Source: an uncultured delta proteobacterium
GTDB lineage: Bacteria; Myxococcota_A; Polyangia; Fen-1088
Direction: 5' to 3'
Length of the DNA stretch: 64,000 bases
Assembly: GCA_963767925.1 (NCBI GenBank)
Contig: CAVYGB010000004.1
Location: 84,371 to 148,370, forward strand
Positions 1 to 13,630 of this stretch are shown piece after piece. Under the pieces are notes generated by a model. That model was given only the letters and a program-made list of their open reading frames with translations. It had not been told where the DNA came from and did no database searches. The translations under genes were made by a program, and so were the position numbers. Positions within the stretch are counted from its first letter, which is position 1. Every line of letters begins with the position of its first letter.

Positions 1-13
1 CGCCCACGGCGGA

Positions 14-177
14 CCCCTCACCCCTCCCTCTCTCCGCTGCCGCGGGGCGAGGGCGAACGGGCAGCGGGTGAGCGAAAGTCTCGGGCGAGTCCGGGCTGGA
101 ATCGTGAAAATGATCGGCGCAGCCTGGCCAGTCGTTCGCCCTCGCCCCGCGCAGCGGGGAGAGGGAGGGGTGAGGGG
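14..177. repeat. Inverted pair of REP-like palindromes (REPIN-like doublet)
   Basis: 14-58 and 134-177 are near-perfect reverse complements (gttcgccctcgccccgc..gcggggagaggg.ggggtgagggg); another copy at 34439-34483. Confidence 0.75.
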
Positions 178-209
178 GCTCCGATCAACCGCTGGGGGTT
201 CTCTAGCCG

Positions 210-1590
<1,381 letters not shown>

Positions 1591-1747
1591 CCACTGAAAT
1601 CGTAACCTTGCCGGATCGCTCCAGCAACGCCCACCCACTTCGTTAACCGGAGACTCTCCGGACTCCGGAGACCGGCTTACGCGAAGGCCCGCGCCGGCGC
1701 CGCCGCGCAGGACCTGTGCTTTCGGCGGGTTAGCCGGGAACGAGGGC

Positions 1748-1763
1748 GGGCATGGGACTTGAA
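1748..1763 (+). promoter_or_regulatory. Candidate sigma54 -24/-12 promoter
   Basis: GGGCATGGGACTTGAA has GG-N10-GA spacing (GA instead of GC), 15 nt before ATG 1779, divergent from a sigma54 activator. Confidence 0.3.
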
Positions 1764-1778
1764 GTATCCGCTGGCGAG

Positions 1779-2582
1779 ATGTTGACGAGAAATCGCGCGA
1801 ACCTTCAGCTCCTGCTCGGTGCGGTGTGTGTCGTGGCCTTACCTGCTCCCATCCTGCTCGCCACCACGACCAAAGGTGCGGTCCTCCTCCGCAACCTCGT
1901 CCCGGCCGCGCCGCTGTTCATCGCGCCCAGCACGCCGCCCACCGTGCCCGTGCTGGGGACCTCACCCTCCGACGCCGGCTCGCGGCTGGCGCCGGCCCCC
2001 GAGGCGGGCGTCCAGATCCAGCCGCTGCCCACCCGCGAGGTCGCGGTGAAGGTGGCCAACGTGAACACGGGCGAGACCGCCACCTTCGCCATCAACGCCG
2101 GCGGGCGCACCCGGGCCGAGGTGGCCGACGCCATCGAGCAGTTCTTCCGCTGCCGCCGCACCGGCCGCCACCGGCCCCTGGCCGACGGCGTGCTCGCCCT
2201 GCTGGCCGACGTGGCCAAGAACTGGCCGAACAAGGTGATCGAGGTCGTGTCGGGCTACCGCGCGCCCCCCTTCGGCGCCCGCCACTCGCGCCACTTCGCC
2301 GGCCACGCCATCGACCTGCGCGTGCGCGGCGTGCGCACCGCCCGCGTGCGCGACTTCGTCTGGCGCGAGCACCGCGAGGTCGGCGTCGGCCACTACGCCG
2401 TCCAGGACTTCGTGCACATCGACTCGCGCCCGGGCCAGGCCGACGCCGCCTGGTCGGCCCCCCGCGAGGACAGCCCGCCTCAGTACGATCCCCGCTGGTC
2501 CAGGCGCGCCCGCCGCGTCTACCGCACCCCCGCTCTCGCCGGCGCCCTGGCCGCCCTCTCCCCCTCGGATCGCGCGCGCTGA
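1779..2582 (+). CDS. DUF882/YcbK-like peptidase M15 family protein
   Basis: VVSGYR, SRHFAGHAIDL, GVGHY..DFVHIDSR zinc-peptidase motifs; N-terminal hydrophobic segment. Confidence 0.8.
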   Translation: MLTRNRANLQLLLGAVCVVALPAPILLATTTKGAVLLRNLVPAAPLFIAPSTPPTVPVLGTSPSDAGSRLAPAPEAGVQIQPLPTREVAVKVANVNTGETATFAINAGGRTRAEVADAIEQFFRCRRTGRHRPLADGVLALLADVAKNWPNKVIEVVSGYRAPPFGARHSRHFAGHAIDLRVRGVRTARVRDFVWREHREVGVGHYAVQDFVHIDSRPGQADAAWSAPREDSPPQYDPRWSRRARRVYRTPALAGALAALSPSDRAR

Positions 2583-2586
2583 TACC

Positions 2587-2979
2587 TCAGTCGCTGCCGG
2601 CGTCGGGGGGCTGGTCGGAAAGCAGCAGGCAGCGCTGCTGGCGGCAGGCCACGGGCGGGGCGGCGATGCACTCGTAGGCGCAGGAGCGGCCGCCGCGCTG
2701 ATACGCCTCGACCAGCGCGCGCGCCTTGGCCTCCACGTCGGCCTTGCGGTCGGCCCGGGCGGCCACGAAGCAGCCGAGCGGGCAGGCGGCGCTGACCAGG
2801 GCACACTCGTCGTCGCGCGTGCAGCTACTGGCGCTGTCGACGTACTCCTGGAACTCGCGCTTGATCTCCGCCTCCGACGGGATGATGCAGCCGGCGAGCA
2901 GCAGCCCCAGGAGCAAGGGCGCCGCCCGGCGCGCGAGCCCCGGCGGCACGACCGTGACAATCGGATCCGGAATCGGCAT
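2587..2979 (-). CDS. Cys-rich lipoprotein
   Basis: Lipobox LLAGC; CTRDDEC, CPLGC, CAYEC, CRQQRC. Confidence 0.7.
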   Translation of the reverse strand: MPIPDPIVTVVPPGLARRAAPLLLGLLLAGCIIPSEAEIKREFQEYVDSASSCTRDDECALVSAACPLGCFVAARADRKADVEAKARALVEAYQRGGRSCAYECIAAPPVACRQQRCLLLSDQPPDAGSD

Positions 2980-3056
2980 CAACAACCGTCCTTTCTCTGC
3001 GACGAAGACCGGGACGGACACCTGGCCGTGCAAGACCGGTTCCAGGCGCGCGCCGG

Positions 3057-3974
3057 TCAAGCCGACTCCGAGGTGGGCGCGGCGGTGCGCTGCACCCGCA
3101 ACATGAGCATCCCGGCCCCGGCGATGAGGACGGCCCCGATGCAGGAGCCCAGGTCGGGGGCGTGCCCCAGGCGCACCCAATCGAACAGCATGGCGAAGGG
3201 GACGCTGCTGTAGACGAAGGCCCCCACCTGGGCCGCCGGGGCCTGGGCGTAGGCCCGGGTCATCGCGAACTGGGCCAGGGTGGCGCAGGCCCCCAGGAGC
3301 GCGAAGACCCCCAGCTCGGGCTTGCCCGGCGTGACCCACACGACGGCGGCGGGCACCGCCGAGACGAGGGTGGAGAAGAAGGAGAAGTAGAAGATGATCC
3401 GCGTGGTCGGCTCGGTGCTGGTGAGGCGGCGGATCCCGGTCTGGGCGATCGCCGCCATCAGGCCGGCGAGGAGGCCCACCAGCGCGGCCATCTGGAACAG
3501 CCCCCGCCCCGGCTCGATCACGAAGATCACGCCGGCGAAGCCGAGCAGCAGCGGCCCCCACACCTTCCGGTCGACCTTCATCTTCAGCCACACCGCCTCG
3601 ACCAGCGGCAGGAACAGCGGGACGGTGTATTGCAGCAGCACGGCGTCGGCCAGCCGCAGCCGGTGGATGGCGTAGAAGAAGCAGTACATCGAGGACAGAC
3701 CCGCCGCCGTCCGCCCCAGGTGCTCGCCGATCCGCTCGCTGCGCAAGCCGCGCAGCCCGTGGCGCAGGGCCAGCGGGGCGATGAGGATCAGCGCCGTCGC
3801 GTTGCGGGCGAAGACCACGATGGCCCCTGGCAGCCGCTCCTCCGCCATCTGCACGAAGGTCGCCATCAACCCGAAGAAGAAGGACGCCGCCACCATCAGC
3901 AGCGCACCCAGCGGCAAGTTGTCAGGCGGTCTCCCGGCCACGGCAGCCCGGCACAGTAGCAGATCCGCCGTCAC
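3057..3974 (-). CDS. DMT/EamA family transporter
   Basis: About 10 hydrophobic segments, duplicated EamA pattern; start uncertain. Confidence 0.85.
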   Translation of the reverse strand: MTADLLLCRAAVAGRPPDNLPLGALLMVAASFFFGLMATFVQMAEERLPGAIVVFARNATALILIAPLALRHGLRGLRSERIGEHLGRTAAGLSSMYCFFYAIHRLRLADAVLLQYTVPLFLPLVEAVWLKMKVDRKVWGPLLLGFAGVIFVIEPGRGLFQMAALVGLLAGLMAAIAQTGIRRLTSTEPTTRIIFYFSFFSTLVSAVPAAVVWVTPGKPELGVFALLGACATLAQFAMTRAYAQAPAAQVGAFVYSSVPFAMLFDWVRLGHAPDLGSCIGAVLIAGAGMLMLRVQRTAAPTSESA

Positions 3975-4016
3975 CCTTCTCTCGCTGGCCCGCTGGGGCG
4001 GCTAAAATGGCCGGCG

Positions 4017-4355
4017 ATGCAGTTCACGAAACGCCTGCGGGAGGGCGTCCGCCGGGGCGAGATCACCTGCAGCGTGCGCATCTGGACCCGCCCCCACGTC
4101 AAGCTGGGCGGCCGCTATGCCGTGGAGGGCGGCCAGATCGAGGTGGACGCCATCTTGCCCATCACCCTCGCCGACATCACCCCCGAGCTGGCGCGCGCCT
4201 CCGGCTTCCAGGGCGTCGTCGACCTGCTGAAGATCGCCAAACACGGCAGCGGCCAGAACATCTACCTGGTCCGCTTTCACTTCCTGCCGGCCGCCTCCGC
4301 CGCCCGCCCGCCCCGCGCCTCCGGCCCAGCCCGCCCCCGCCGACGCCCGGCCTGA
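4017..4355 (+). CDS. ASCH-domain protein
   Basis: MQFTKRLREGVRRGEITCSVRIW and LARASGF motifs. Confidence 0.7.
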   Translation: MQFTKRLREGVRRGEITCSVRIWTRPHVKLGGRYAVEGGQIEVDAILPITLADITPELARASGFQGVVDLLKIAKHGSGQNIYLVRFHFLPAASAARPPRASGPARPRRRPA

Positions 4356-4381
4356 CCGATCCTGGGCTATAAACGGGCCGC

Positions 4382-4816
4382 ATGAAGGGGCGCCCAGGGA
4401 AGAGCTCGACGTCGAGATCGGGAGGGGTGGAGGAGCATCGGCGGCGCGATGGCTCGCTCGAGAGCGTGGGACGCACCGTGGCCGGGGTGAAGGCGGGACC
4501 CTGGAAGTTCTTCCACCACGACGGCAAGACGCTGAAGGCCGCCGGGAAGTTCGCCGGCGGCCTGTTCTCCGGGATGTGGCGCTGGTACGGCGCCAACGGC
4601 GACGTGCGCCAGGCCGGCGCCTTCGCGGACGGCAAGCAGCACGGCCAGTGGAAGCGCTACTACGCCGGCACCCGCCAGCTCTGCGACGTGGGCCGCTACC
4701 ACGCCGGCAAGCGCGCCGGCGTCTGGAAGTTCTACGACCGGGCCGGCAAGCTCAAGCGGCAGGAGACCTTCGCAGCGGCAAAGAAGCGGAGCCCGCCCAC
4801 CCGCTCGAAGCGCTGA
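4382..4816 (+). CDS. MORN-variant repeat (YwqK-like) protein
   Basis: Repeated G-x-W-x-x-Y/F...G units. Confidence 0.75.
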   Translation: MKGRPGKSSTSRSGGVEEHRRRDGSLESVGRTVAGVKAGPWKFFHHDGKTLKAAGKFAGGLFSGMWRWYGANGDVRQAGAFADGKQHGQWKRYYAGTRQLCDVGRYHAGKRAGVWKFYDRAGKLKRQETFAAAKKRSPPTRSKR

Positions 4817-4856
4817 CCGCCCAGCGAGCTCGATCCCCACACTTATCCGCGGTCCG

Positions 4857-4905
4857 GACCTCCCCCACCTCTCCCCACGGACGCAGACGGCCGCGGGGAG
4901 AGGGC
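4857..4905. repeat. Degenerate REP-like palindrome between convergent genes
   Basis: cctctcccc...ggggagagg stem resembling the REP core at 14-177. Confidence 0.45.
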
Positions 4906-4921
4906 AAACGGGCAGGGCGGA

Positions 4922-5428
4922 TCAGACGCGGACCTTGGCGTTCCGCTCGTCGCCTTCCACGTCGGGGCGGGTGCCGGTGACGAAGGCCCTGGCGGCCTCG
5001 AACAGGTAGCCGAGACCCTTGCTGCCCTTGTTGTCCCAGTATTCGGCGGCGGTGGGGGTCACGGCGATGAGGGCGAGGTCGGGGTCCTGCTTGCCCTGGG
5101 GGAACCAGACCTTCCAGGAGTCCGACCAGAGCGCCTCGATGGTCGCCGCGTCCCGCACCACCCGGGCCATCCCACTTATCGAGACGAAGCGCCGCTTGTC
5201 CTGCATGGTCAGACCGACGTGCGGCTCGGCCTGCAGCTCGGCGATCTTCGGCGACGAGGCGCTGGTCGGGAAATACAGCACCCCGTCGTCCTTGCCGTGG
5301 GCCAGCGCCAGGGGGCGGCCCCGCAGCTCCCCCTCGGGCGTGCGGGTCACCAGCACGGCCGTGTCGAAGTCGGCGATCACCTCGCGCAGGTGGGCCCGCT
5401 TCTCTTGCTCGTTCAGCACTTCCTCCAT
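4922..5428 (-). CDS. Pyridoxamine 5'-phosphate oxidase-like / general stress protein
   Basis: LRGRPL, LYFPT..SPK, LWS..WKVWFP.GK.DP, AEYWD; GGAGG RBS before MEEV. Confidence 0.85.
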   Translation of the reverse strand: MEEVLNEQEKRAHLREVIADFDTAVLVTRTPEGELRGRPLALAHGKDDGVLYFPTSASSPKIAELQAEPHVGLTMQDKRRFVSISGMARVVRDAATIEALWSDSWKVWFPQGKQDPDLALIAVTPTAAEYWDNKGSKGLGYLFEAARAFVTGTRPDVEGDERNAKVRV

Positions 5429-5499
5429 GTCGCACCTCCCTGTTTCGGCTGGATCAGCTCGACCGGAAGGTGGGTCCGCCGGCGGCGGGCGGCCCGGGT

Positions 5500-6761
5500 T
5501 CAGGGGACCAGGGGACCCAGGCGGCGCAGGGCGGGGGAGCGCCAGGTCACGAGGCCCACCACCGTCAGGGTGGCGGTCCCCCCGAACAGCACCGACGGGA
5601 CCGTCCCCAGCAAGCGCGCCGCCACCCCCGACTCGAACGCGCCGATCTCGTTCGACGAGCCGATGAAGATCTGGTTGATCGCCGAGACCCGCCCCAGCAT
5701 CTCGTCCGGCACCCGGAGCTGCAGCAAGGTGGACCGCACCAGCACGCTGCCCATGTCGAGCGCGCCGCTCGCGGCCAGCAACACCAGCGACACGGCGAAC
5801 GAGCGCGACAGCCCGAACCCGATGATCGACAGCCCGAACCCCGCCACGCAGATCAACATGAAGCGCCCCGCCCGGCGGGTGGGCGGCAGCAGCCCCAGCG
5901 CCGCCGAGGCCAGCACCGCCCCCGCGGCCGGCGCCGCCCGCAGCAGCCCGTAGCCCTTGGGCCCCACCTGCAGGATGTCCTCGGCGAAGATCGGCAGCAG
6001 CGCCACCGCGCCCCCGAACAGCACCGCGAACAGGTCGAGGGTGATGGCCGGCAGCAGCACCGGATCGGCGAACAGGAAGCGCAGCCCCGCCCGCACGCTC
6101 GACAGGATCGGCCCCGGCGGGGGGCGGTCGCCGCGCGGCTGCGAGCGCACCAGCAACATGCACCCGCCCGCCGCCAGCAGCAGGGCCAGCGAGGTCAGGT
6201 AGGCCCCCCGCCCCCCGACCCAGCCGTAGAGCAGGCCGCCGACCGCCGGACCGGTCACCGCCGCGAGCTGGAAGGTGCCGGTGCGCCAGGCGATCGCCTT
6301 CGGGAACAGGACCCGCGGCACCAGCTGCGCCGACAGCGCCGTGCGGGCCGGCCCCAGGAAGGCCCGGCACACCCCGCTCGAGATGATGACCCCGAAGATG
6401 GCGTACTTGAGCACCCCCGCCGCCAGGGTCTCCCGCCAGGCGTTGAACATCAGCAGGGCCCCCGCGCCCAGGGCCAGCACGGCGAAGGCGGCGATCATCA
6501 CCCGCCGCCGGTCGAGCAGATCGGCGATGTGCCCCCCCACGAGGGCAAAGGAGATGAAGGGCAGGGCCTCGGCCAGCCCCAGCGCCCCCAGCGACAGGGG
6601 GTCCCGGGTGAGCTCGTACATCTGGTAGCCCACCACCGCCGCCTGCACCTGGATCCCCATCGTGGCCAGGGCCAGGCTCACGATGAACAGCGTGAAGTCC
6701 CGGTTCCACAGGGGGGGCAGCGCCGCGGGAGGAGCCGCTGGCGGCTCCGGGGGAGGGGACA

Positions 6762-6762
<1 letters not shown>
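5500..6762 (-). CDS. MFS transporter
   Basis: GHIADLLDRRR motif A, LDLFAVLFGGAVALLP, about 12 TM segments. Confidence 0.9.
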
Positions 6763-7853
<1,091 letters not shown>

Positions 7854-7932
7854 GATCGGGCTACGACAGTGCAGCACCGCTGCACAGGACGCAATAGGCG
7901 CGCGCCCCCGGCCGCGCGCTTCGTCCAGATAG

Positions 7933-9405
7933 TTACTTGTCCTGGCTGGCCGGGTCGCGCGAGCGCAGGTTGTGTTTCCAGAGCAGGCGGTAAAAGTGGA
8001 TGCGGTCGACGCCGGCGGCGCGGGCCGCCACCGTGATGTTGTCGTCGTGCAGGCGCAGGATCTCCGCCAGGTAGCGGCGCTCGAACTCGCCCACCCAGGC
8101 CTCCCGGGCGGTCTTGAGGGGCTGGGTCACGTCGATGGGGGCCGTCTCGGGCGCCGACGACGACGAGGGCAGCTCGGACTCCTGGGGCGAGGGCTGGGCC
8201 CGCGTGGCCAGGCAACGCTCGATGTAGTTGCGCAGCTCGCGGATGTTGCCCGGCCAGGCGTGGCGCTGCAGCTCGGCCATGAAGTCGGGCGAGCGCAGGG
8301 CCCGCGACTCGGACTTGTGCTGGGGCCCCAGCGTCTGCAGAAAGTGATCGAGCAGCAGGGGCATGTCGTCCTTGCGCTCGCGCAGCGGGGGGATGCGGAT
8401 GCGCAGGACCGCCAGCCGGTAATACAGGTCGGAGCGGAAGCGGCGGGCCGTCACCTCCTCCCGCAGGTTGCGGTTGGTGGCGGCGAGCACCCGCACGTCG
8501 ACCGGGTTGTAGTGGTTGCTGCCCACCGGCTTGACCTCGCGTCGCTCGAGCACCCGCAGCAGCTTGGGCTGCAGCTCGATCCCCAGCTCGCCGATCTCGT
8601 CGAGCAGGATGGTCCCGCCCGAGGCGGCGTGGAAGGCCCCCTTGCGCGTCGCCACCGCGCCGGTGAAGGCCCCCCGCTCGTGCCCGAACAGCTCGCTCTC
8701 CAGGAGCTGGGGGGGGATGGCGCCGCAGTCCACGATGATGAACGGCCCCTCGCCGCGCACGCTCTCCTTGTGGATGGCCTCGGCGGTGGCCTCCTTGCCG
8801 GTGCCGGTCTCCCCCTCGATGAGGACGGTGGCGTCGCTGGCCGAGGCTTGCTCGCACAGGGCGAACACGGTGCTCATGGCCGCCGAGCGCCCCACCACCT
8901 GGCCGAAGCGATCCCGCGCCGAGAGGGGGACCTTGGCCGCCCGGCTGGCCCGCTGAAAGCGCAGCTTCGTGTTGCCCAGGGTGAGGATGGCCCCCTCCTC
9001 GAGGGGGGCCTGGACGACCCGCACGCCGTTGACAACCGTGCCGTTTTTGCTGCCGAGATCGCGCACCGAGGCGGGGGGCCCCAGCGTGATCTCGCAGTGG
9101 AAGCGAGAGACGGCGGGATCCTTCAGCACCACGTCGGCCGAGGGGTGCTCGCCCACCACGATGCTGTCGGTGGTGGCCACGAAGGTGCGGCCCGCGTCGC
9201 GGCCATCGAGCACCATGAGGTGGCAGTCGACGAGCTGCTCGGTCGTCCGCTCGACCGGCGCCGCGCTCGCGCTCCGGGGCATGGGCGGCCGGAGCACGGG
9301 CATCGACATGGTGACCTTCATCGGGTCGGGTTCCTCGGTCTCCATCTCGAGGCCGGTAGGGCGCGAGCGGTCGGGATCGCGTTTGTGCATGAGCGGTACA
9401 TTCAT
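7933..9405 (-). CDS. FHA-domain sigma54-dependent activator
   Basis: VSRFHC and DLGSKNGT FHA; GETGTGKE; GAFTGA; WPGNIRELRN; C-terminal HTH; start uncertain. Confidence 0.92.
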   Translation of the reverse strand: MNVPLMHKRDPDRSRPTGLEMETEEPDPMKVTMSMPVLRPPMPRSASAAPVERTTEQLVDCHLMVLDGRDAGRTFVATTDSIVVGEHPSADVVLKDPAVSRFHCEITLGPPASVRDLGSKNGTVVNGVRVVQAPLEEGAILTLGNTKLRFQRASRAAKVPLSARDRFGQVVGRSAAMSTVFALCEQASASDATVLIEGETGTGKEATAEAIHKESVRGEGPFIIVDCGAIPPQLLESELFGHERGAFTGAVATRKGAFHAASGGTILLDEIGELGIELQPKLLRVLERREVKPVGSNHYNPVDVRVLAATNRNLREEVTARRFRSDLYYRLAVLRIRIPPLRERKDDMPLLLDHFLQTLGPQHKSESRALRSPDFMAELQRHAWPGNIRELRNYIERCLATRAQPSPQESELPSSSSAPETAPIDVTQPLKTAREAWVGEFERRYLAEILRLHDDNITVAARAAGVDRIHFYRLLWKHNLRSRDPASQDK

Positions 9406-9598
9406 TCTCTTCGTCTGCTTGGGGACAACCCTCGAGACACACACCCACGCCGGCGCTGCGCGTTTGCCCTGCCGACAGGTGATCACATGTCTCCTGCTCG
9501 TCGCCCGCGGGGTTTCCCGCCCGATCCGCGGCCCACACCTCGCGCGCCGCCCCCACACGGTCCGGTCTCTCCCGCGGACGTGTTACGATGAAAGGGCG

Positions 9599-10942
<1,344 letters not shown>

Positions 10943-11022
10943 CCGCGGCCGCGGGCCGGATCGTCCGCCTGCAACGACGGGTTAGCCGCCGACGTCTACG
11001 ATCTGCCCCGGGCTCAGTGACC

Positions 11023-11076
11023 TCAGAGCGCTGAGCACTTGTGGAACCAATGGCACTCGTCAAGCAGATCGCGCAT
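11023..11076 (-). pseudogene. N-terminal remnant of a DUF5615/PIN-like toxin
   Basis: Reads MRDLLDEC then stops after 17 codons; overlaps the end of the DUF433 gene as in DUF433-DUF5615 pairs. Confidence 0.55.
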
Positions 11077-11284
11077 ACCGATCGACCGCTTCGTTCGCGA
11101 CGTCCAGTATCGCTTCGACTTGCGACCGCGTAACGGTCGGGAAGTCTTCGATGAAATCGTCCACCCGGTCGCCCGCTCTGAGGTAGTCCATCAGCGTGCG
11201 GACTGGAACGCGAGTTCCTGCGAAGACGGGCGTACCCGACAGGATTTCTGGATCGACAATCATCTGTGACTTTGCGCCGCCCAT
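11060..11284 (-). CDS. DUF433 family antitoxin
   Basis: DPEILSGTPVFAGTRVPV...DFPTV signature. Confidence 0.9.
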   Translation of the reverse strand: MGGAKSQMIVDPEILSGTPVFAGTRVPVRTLMDYLRAGDRVDDFIEDFPTVTRSQVEAILDVANEAVDRYARSA

Positions 11285-11469
11285 GTTCAGGCCTCAGCCG
11301 AGAATGATAGCGCAGCCCTCGCGCTGATGCTGCCGGACGCGTCAAGGGCTGGGATCGCGGCCCATGGCGCATCAGAGTCCGGAGCCGTGGAGCCCTCGTG
11401 TGGCTAAAGCCATGGCGTCGGCGGCGAGCGGGGGGGCGACCGGGCCCCAAAGGTACAGGCGGACAAGTC

Positions 11470-12714
11470 TCATGAGGTCGCGATTTCTAGGTCGCGGTGT
11501 TCGAACGCGCTCTGCATTCGATCAACGTCTTTTCGTTTGAGCCCGAGACGCTCGGCCGGTGAGCGCCAGCCTTTCACAACCTGTCCCACCTCTCTGGCGA
11601 TCTCGCGCGACTCTGAAAGCGAAAGACCGAAGCTTGGCGCTACCTTGAAGGCTGTGTCCGCCGACGATGTCGTATCGGCTTCGTCGATGGCCAGGGCGTG
11701 AATGCGGCGCTTCACGTCGACCGGGGTCGGGTTGAGGTCATAAGCGGGCGCGAGATGCCACCCGACTTCGTCGCGGAGGAACGCGTGGTTTCTGAGATGA
11801 TCGTCCGTGTTTGAAACGAGTATGTTGAACACGAGCCGTCGCCAGAGCTCACGCAGGTCTTCCGCTACCCGTGAGCCTTCGCGACGAAGTACCTCGACGA
11901 TTTCGAGATAACTATGCGCCCCGTTGTCGTCCGCGGAGAGCGCCGTCATGGCCGACATGAAAGGTACCCTACTGGCGCCCTGGCGATCGAACCGCTCGAG
12001 AATGAGCACCGGCCGGTTCAGGACCGTCTCTACGTGAAAGGAAGGCACCTGGATACCGGCCGAGCGAGCCAGGGAGAGCGAAACGGCCTCCCACTGTGTG
12101 ACTGGCCACTCATCGTCCTTTCGCGGGAACTTTGCGATCATCAGCTGTCCATCTGTTCCGCGTATCGACGCTTTCGGCCGGGCACCTCCAAGTGAGGTGC
12201 CCGGCGCAAGCACAAGCAACAAATCATCTTCCGTTTCGTCGTTATCGATGATCCGATTCGTCGCCGACAGGAGACGCGGCAGTTCAATCACCGGGGGAAC
12301 AGGTCTACCTACCGACCACAAGAACGGCTCTCGTTCTGATCCAGGTGCATCCTTGAACCGCAAGGCTCCCAGCCGGGTCTCGTCGTCCACACGGGTCAGG
12401 AAGTCCACAGCCATGAGCGTCCTTGGCGGCCGCCCTTCTCGCGTTGCGCGGGCACGTTCCGCGCGCCGAAGGAGGGTCTGTCCCCAACGGTCGGGAGCCG
12501 GATCCGTGAACGCGCGGAAGAGAGGTCTCTGGGAGTGAAAGGTGCCACGCCGGAGCGGAAGCTCCGGATCGAGCGCGAACGAATCTCTTCGCACAAGCCA
12601 GCTGGGCTCGTATTCAAAGGAGGAGGTCTCACGTGGCTGTGAACGTGTCCACAACCGACCACAAGCAACTGGTTCGCTCTCTCGATTCGCGAATACCCGC
12701 AGCTCACGGTTCAT
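11470..12714 (-). CDS. hipA: HipA family kinase toxin
   Basis: DPAPDRWG couple domain, SLGGARPKA, IAKFP, NTDDHLRNH, LAPAYD. Confidence 0.92.
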   Translation of the reverse strand: MNRELRVFANRESEPVACGRLWTRSQPRETSSFEYEPSWLVRRDSFALDPELPLRRGTFHSQRPLFRAFTDPAPDRWGQTLLRRAERARATREGRPPRTLMAVDFLTRVDDETRLGALRFKDAPGSEREPFLWSVGRPVPPVIELPRLLSATNRIIDNDETEDDLLLVLAPGTSLGGARPKASIRGTDGQLMIAKFPRKDDEWPVTQWEAVSLSLARSAGIQVPSFHVETVLNRPVLILERFDRQGASRVPFMSAMTALSADDNGAHSYLEIVEVLRREGSRVAEDLRELWRRLVFNILVSNTDDHLRNHAFLRDEVGWHLAPAYDLNPTPVDVKRRIHALAIDEADTTSSADTAFKVAPSFGLSLSESREIAREVGQVVKGWRSPAERLGLKRKDVDRMQSAFEHRDLEIATS

Positions 12715-13054
12715 GAGCCTGCTCCTTTACCCGCTTGCGCACGGAACGAACCCGCCGGGGCAACTGTTCGTCTTCGAGGCCCAGCCCTACTGCATCCCTG
12801 CCTGGGTCGGCGAGCTCTCCCAGGCGGTCAGACATCCCCAGGACGAACAGAACGGTGGCGTAGATTCCGATGGAAACTCGTGCGTCGCCACGTTCGACAC
12901 GCCTCAGCGTCGGTCGACTAATAAACGCACGCTCCGAAACCAGCTCCATCGTGAGCCGTCGGCGACGGCGCGCGGCAGATAAGTCTAGTCCCAGTTTACG
13001 CAGCGCGCGCACGACTCCGATAGGAAGCGCAGGAAGGGCTCTAGAAGGCTTCAT
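12704..13054 (-). CDS. XRE-HTH antitoxin (HipB-like)
   Basis: ARRRRRLT..LVSERAFISRPTLRRVERG HTH; overlaps the hipA start. Confidence 0.85.
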   Translation of the reverse strand: MKPSRALPALPIGVVRALRKLGLDLSAARRRRRLTMELVSERAFISRPTLRRVERGDARVSIGIYATVLFVLGMSDRLGELADPGRDAVGLGLEDEQLPRRVRSVRKRVKEQAHEP

Positions 13055-13184
13055 AATGGGACATAGAGGTTACGTTAAGTCGAGATAGTGGCAACTATAT
13101 GTTCCAATCGATCGGGGCAGGCACCTCCACACTGTGGGACGGCGCCCTCGGCCCTTGATTCCCGGTTACCGGCCAAGTCCCGCC

Positions 13185-13371
13185 TCAGGTTTCGGACACC
13201 CCCGGGATCTCGCCGCACGCGATGAGGCTGTAGACAGTCTTCGGGTTGAGCCCCGAGGAGCGCGGTCAGCTCGCGCACATCCATCGTCTCGCCGCCTCGC
13301 GACGAATCGCCCACAACGCGTCGGACCTCTTCCCTGATCAGCGCGATGAGCGTGCTCTCATCCCACTGCAC
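13185..13371 (-). pseudogene. Excisionase-like (HTH_17) DNA-binding remnant
   Basis: With one frameshift reads MDVRELTALLGLNPKTVYSLIACGEIPG. Confidence 0.55.
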
Positions 13372-13630
13372 CGCCTTTCCCTTCGGGGTGATCCGCCGGA
13401 AAGTTTCCGCGGAAGAGCAGCTGCCATCACACCGACCCTTCCGCGGAAACGCGGCCGATGTCACATCCGCGAACCCAGCGCCGCTGCGGCGGAGACGATC
13501 AACCCGTGAATGGAATCCGCCGCTGCGTCCAGGTCCAAACGGAGAACCAGGTTGACGCGGATCATGGTCGGAAATAGCCTTCCGAAGGACCCCGCGTCGC
13601 GGTTGCCACCGTCCTTTGCACAGGAGACCC

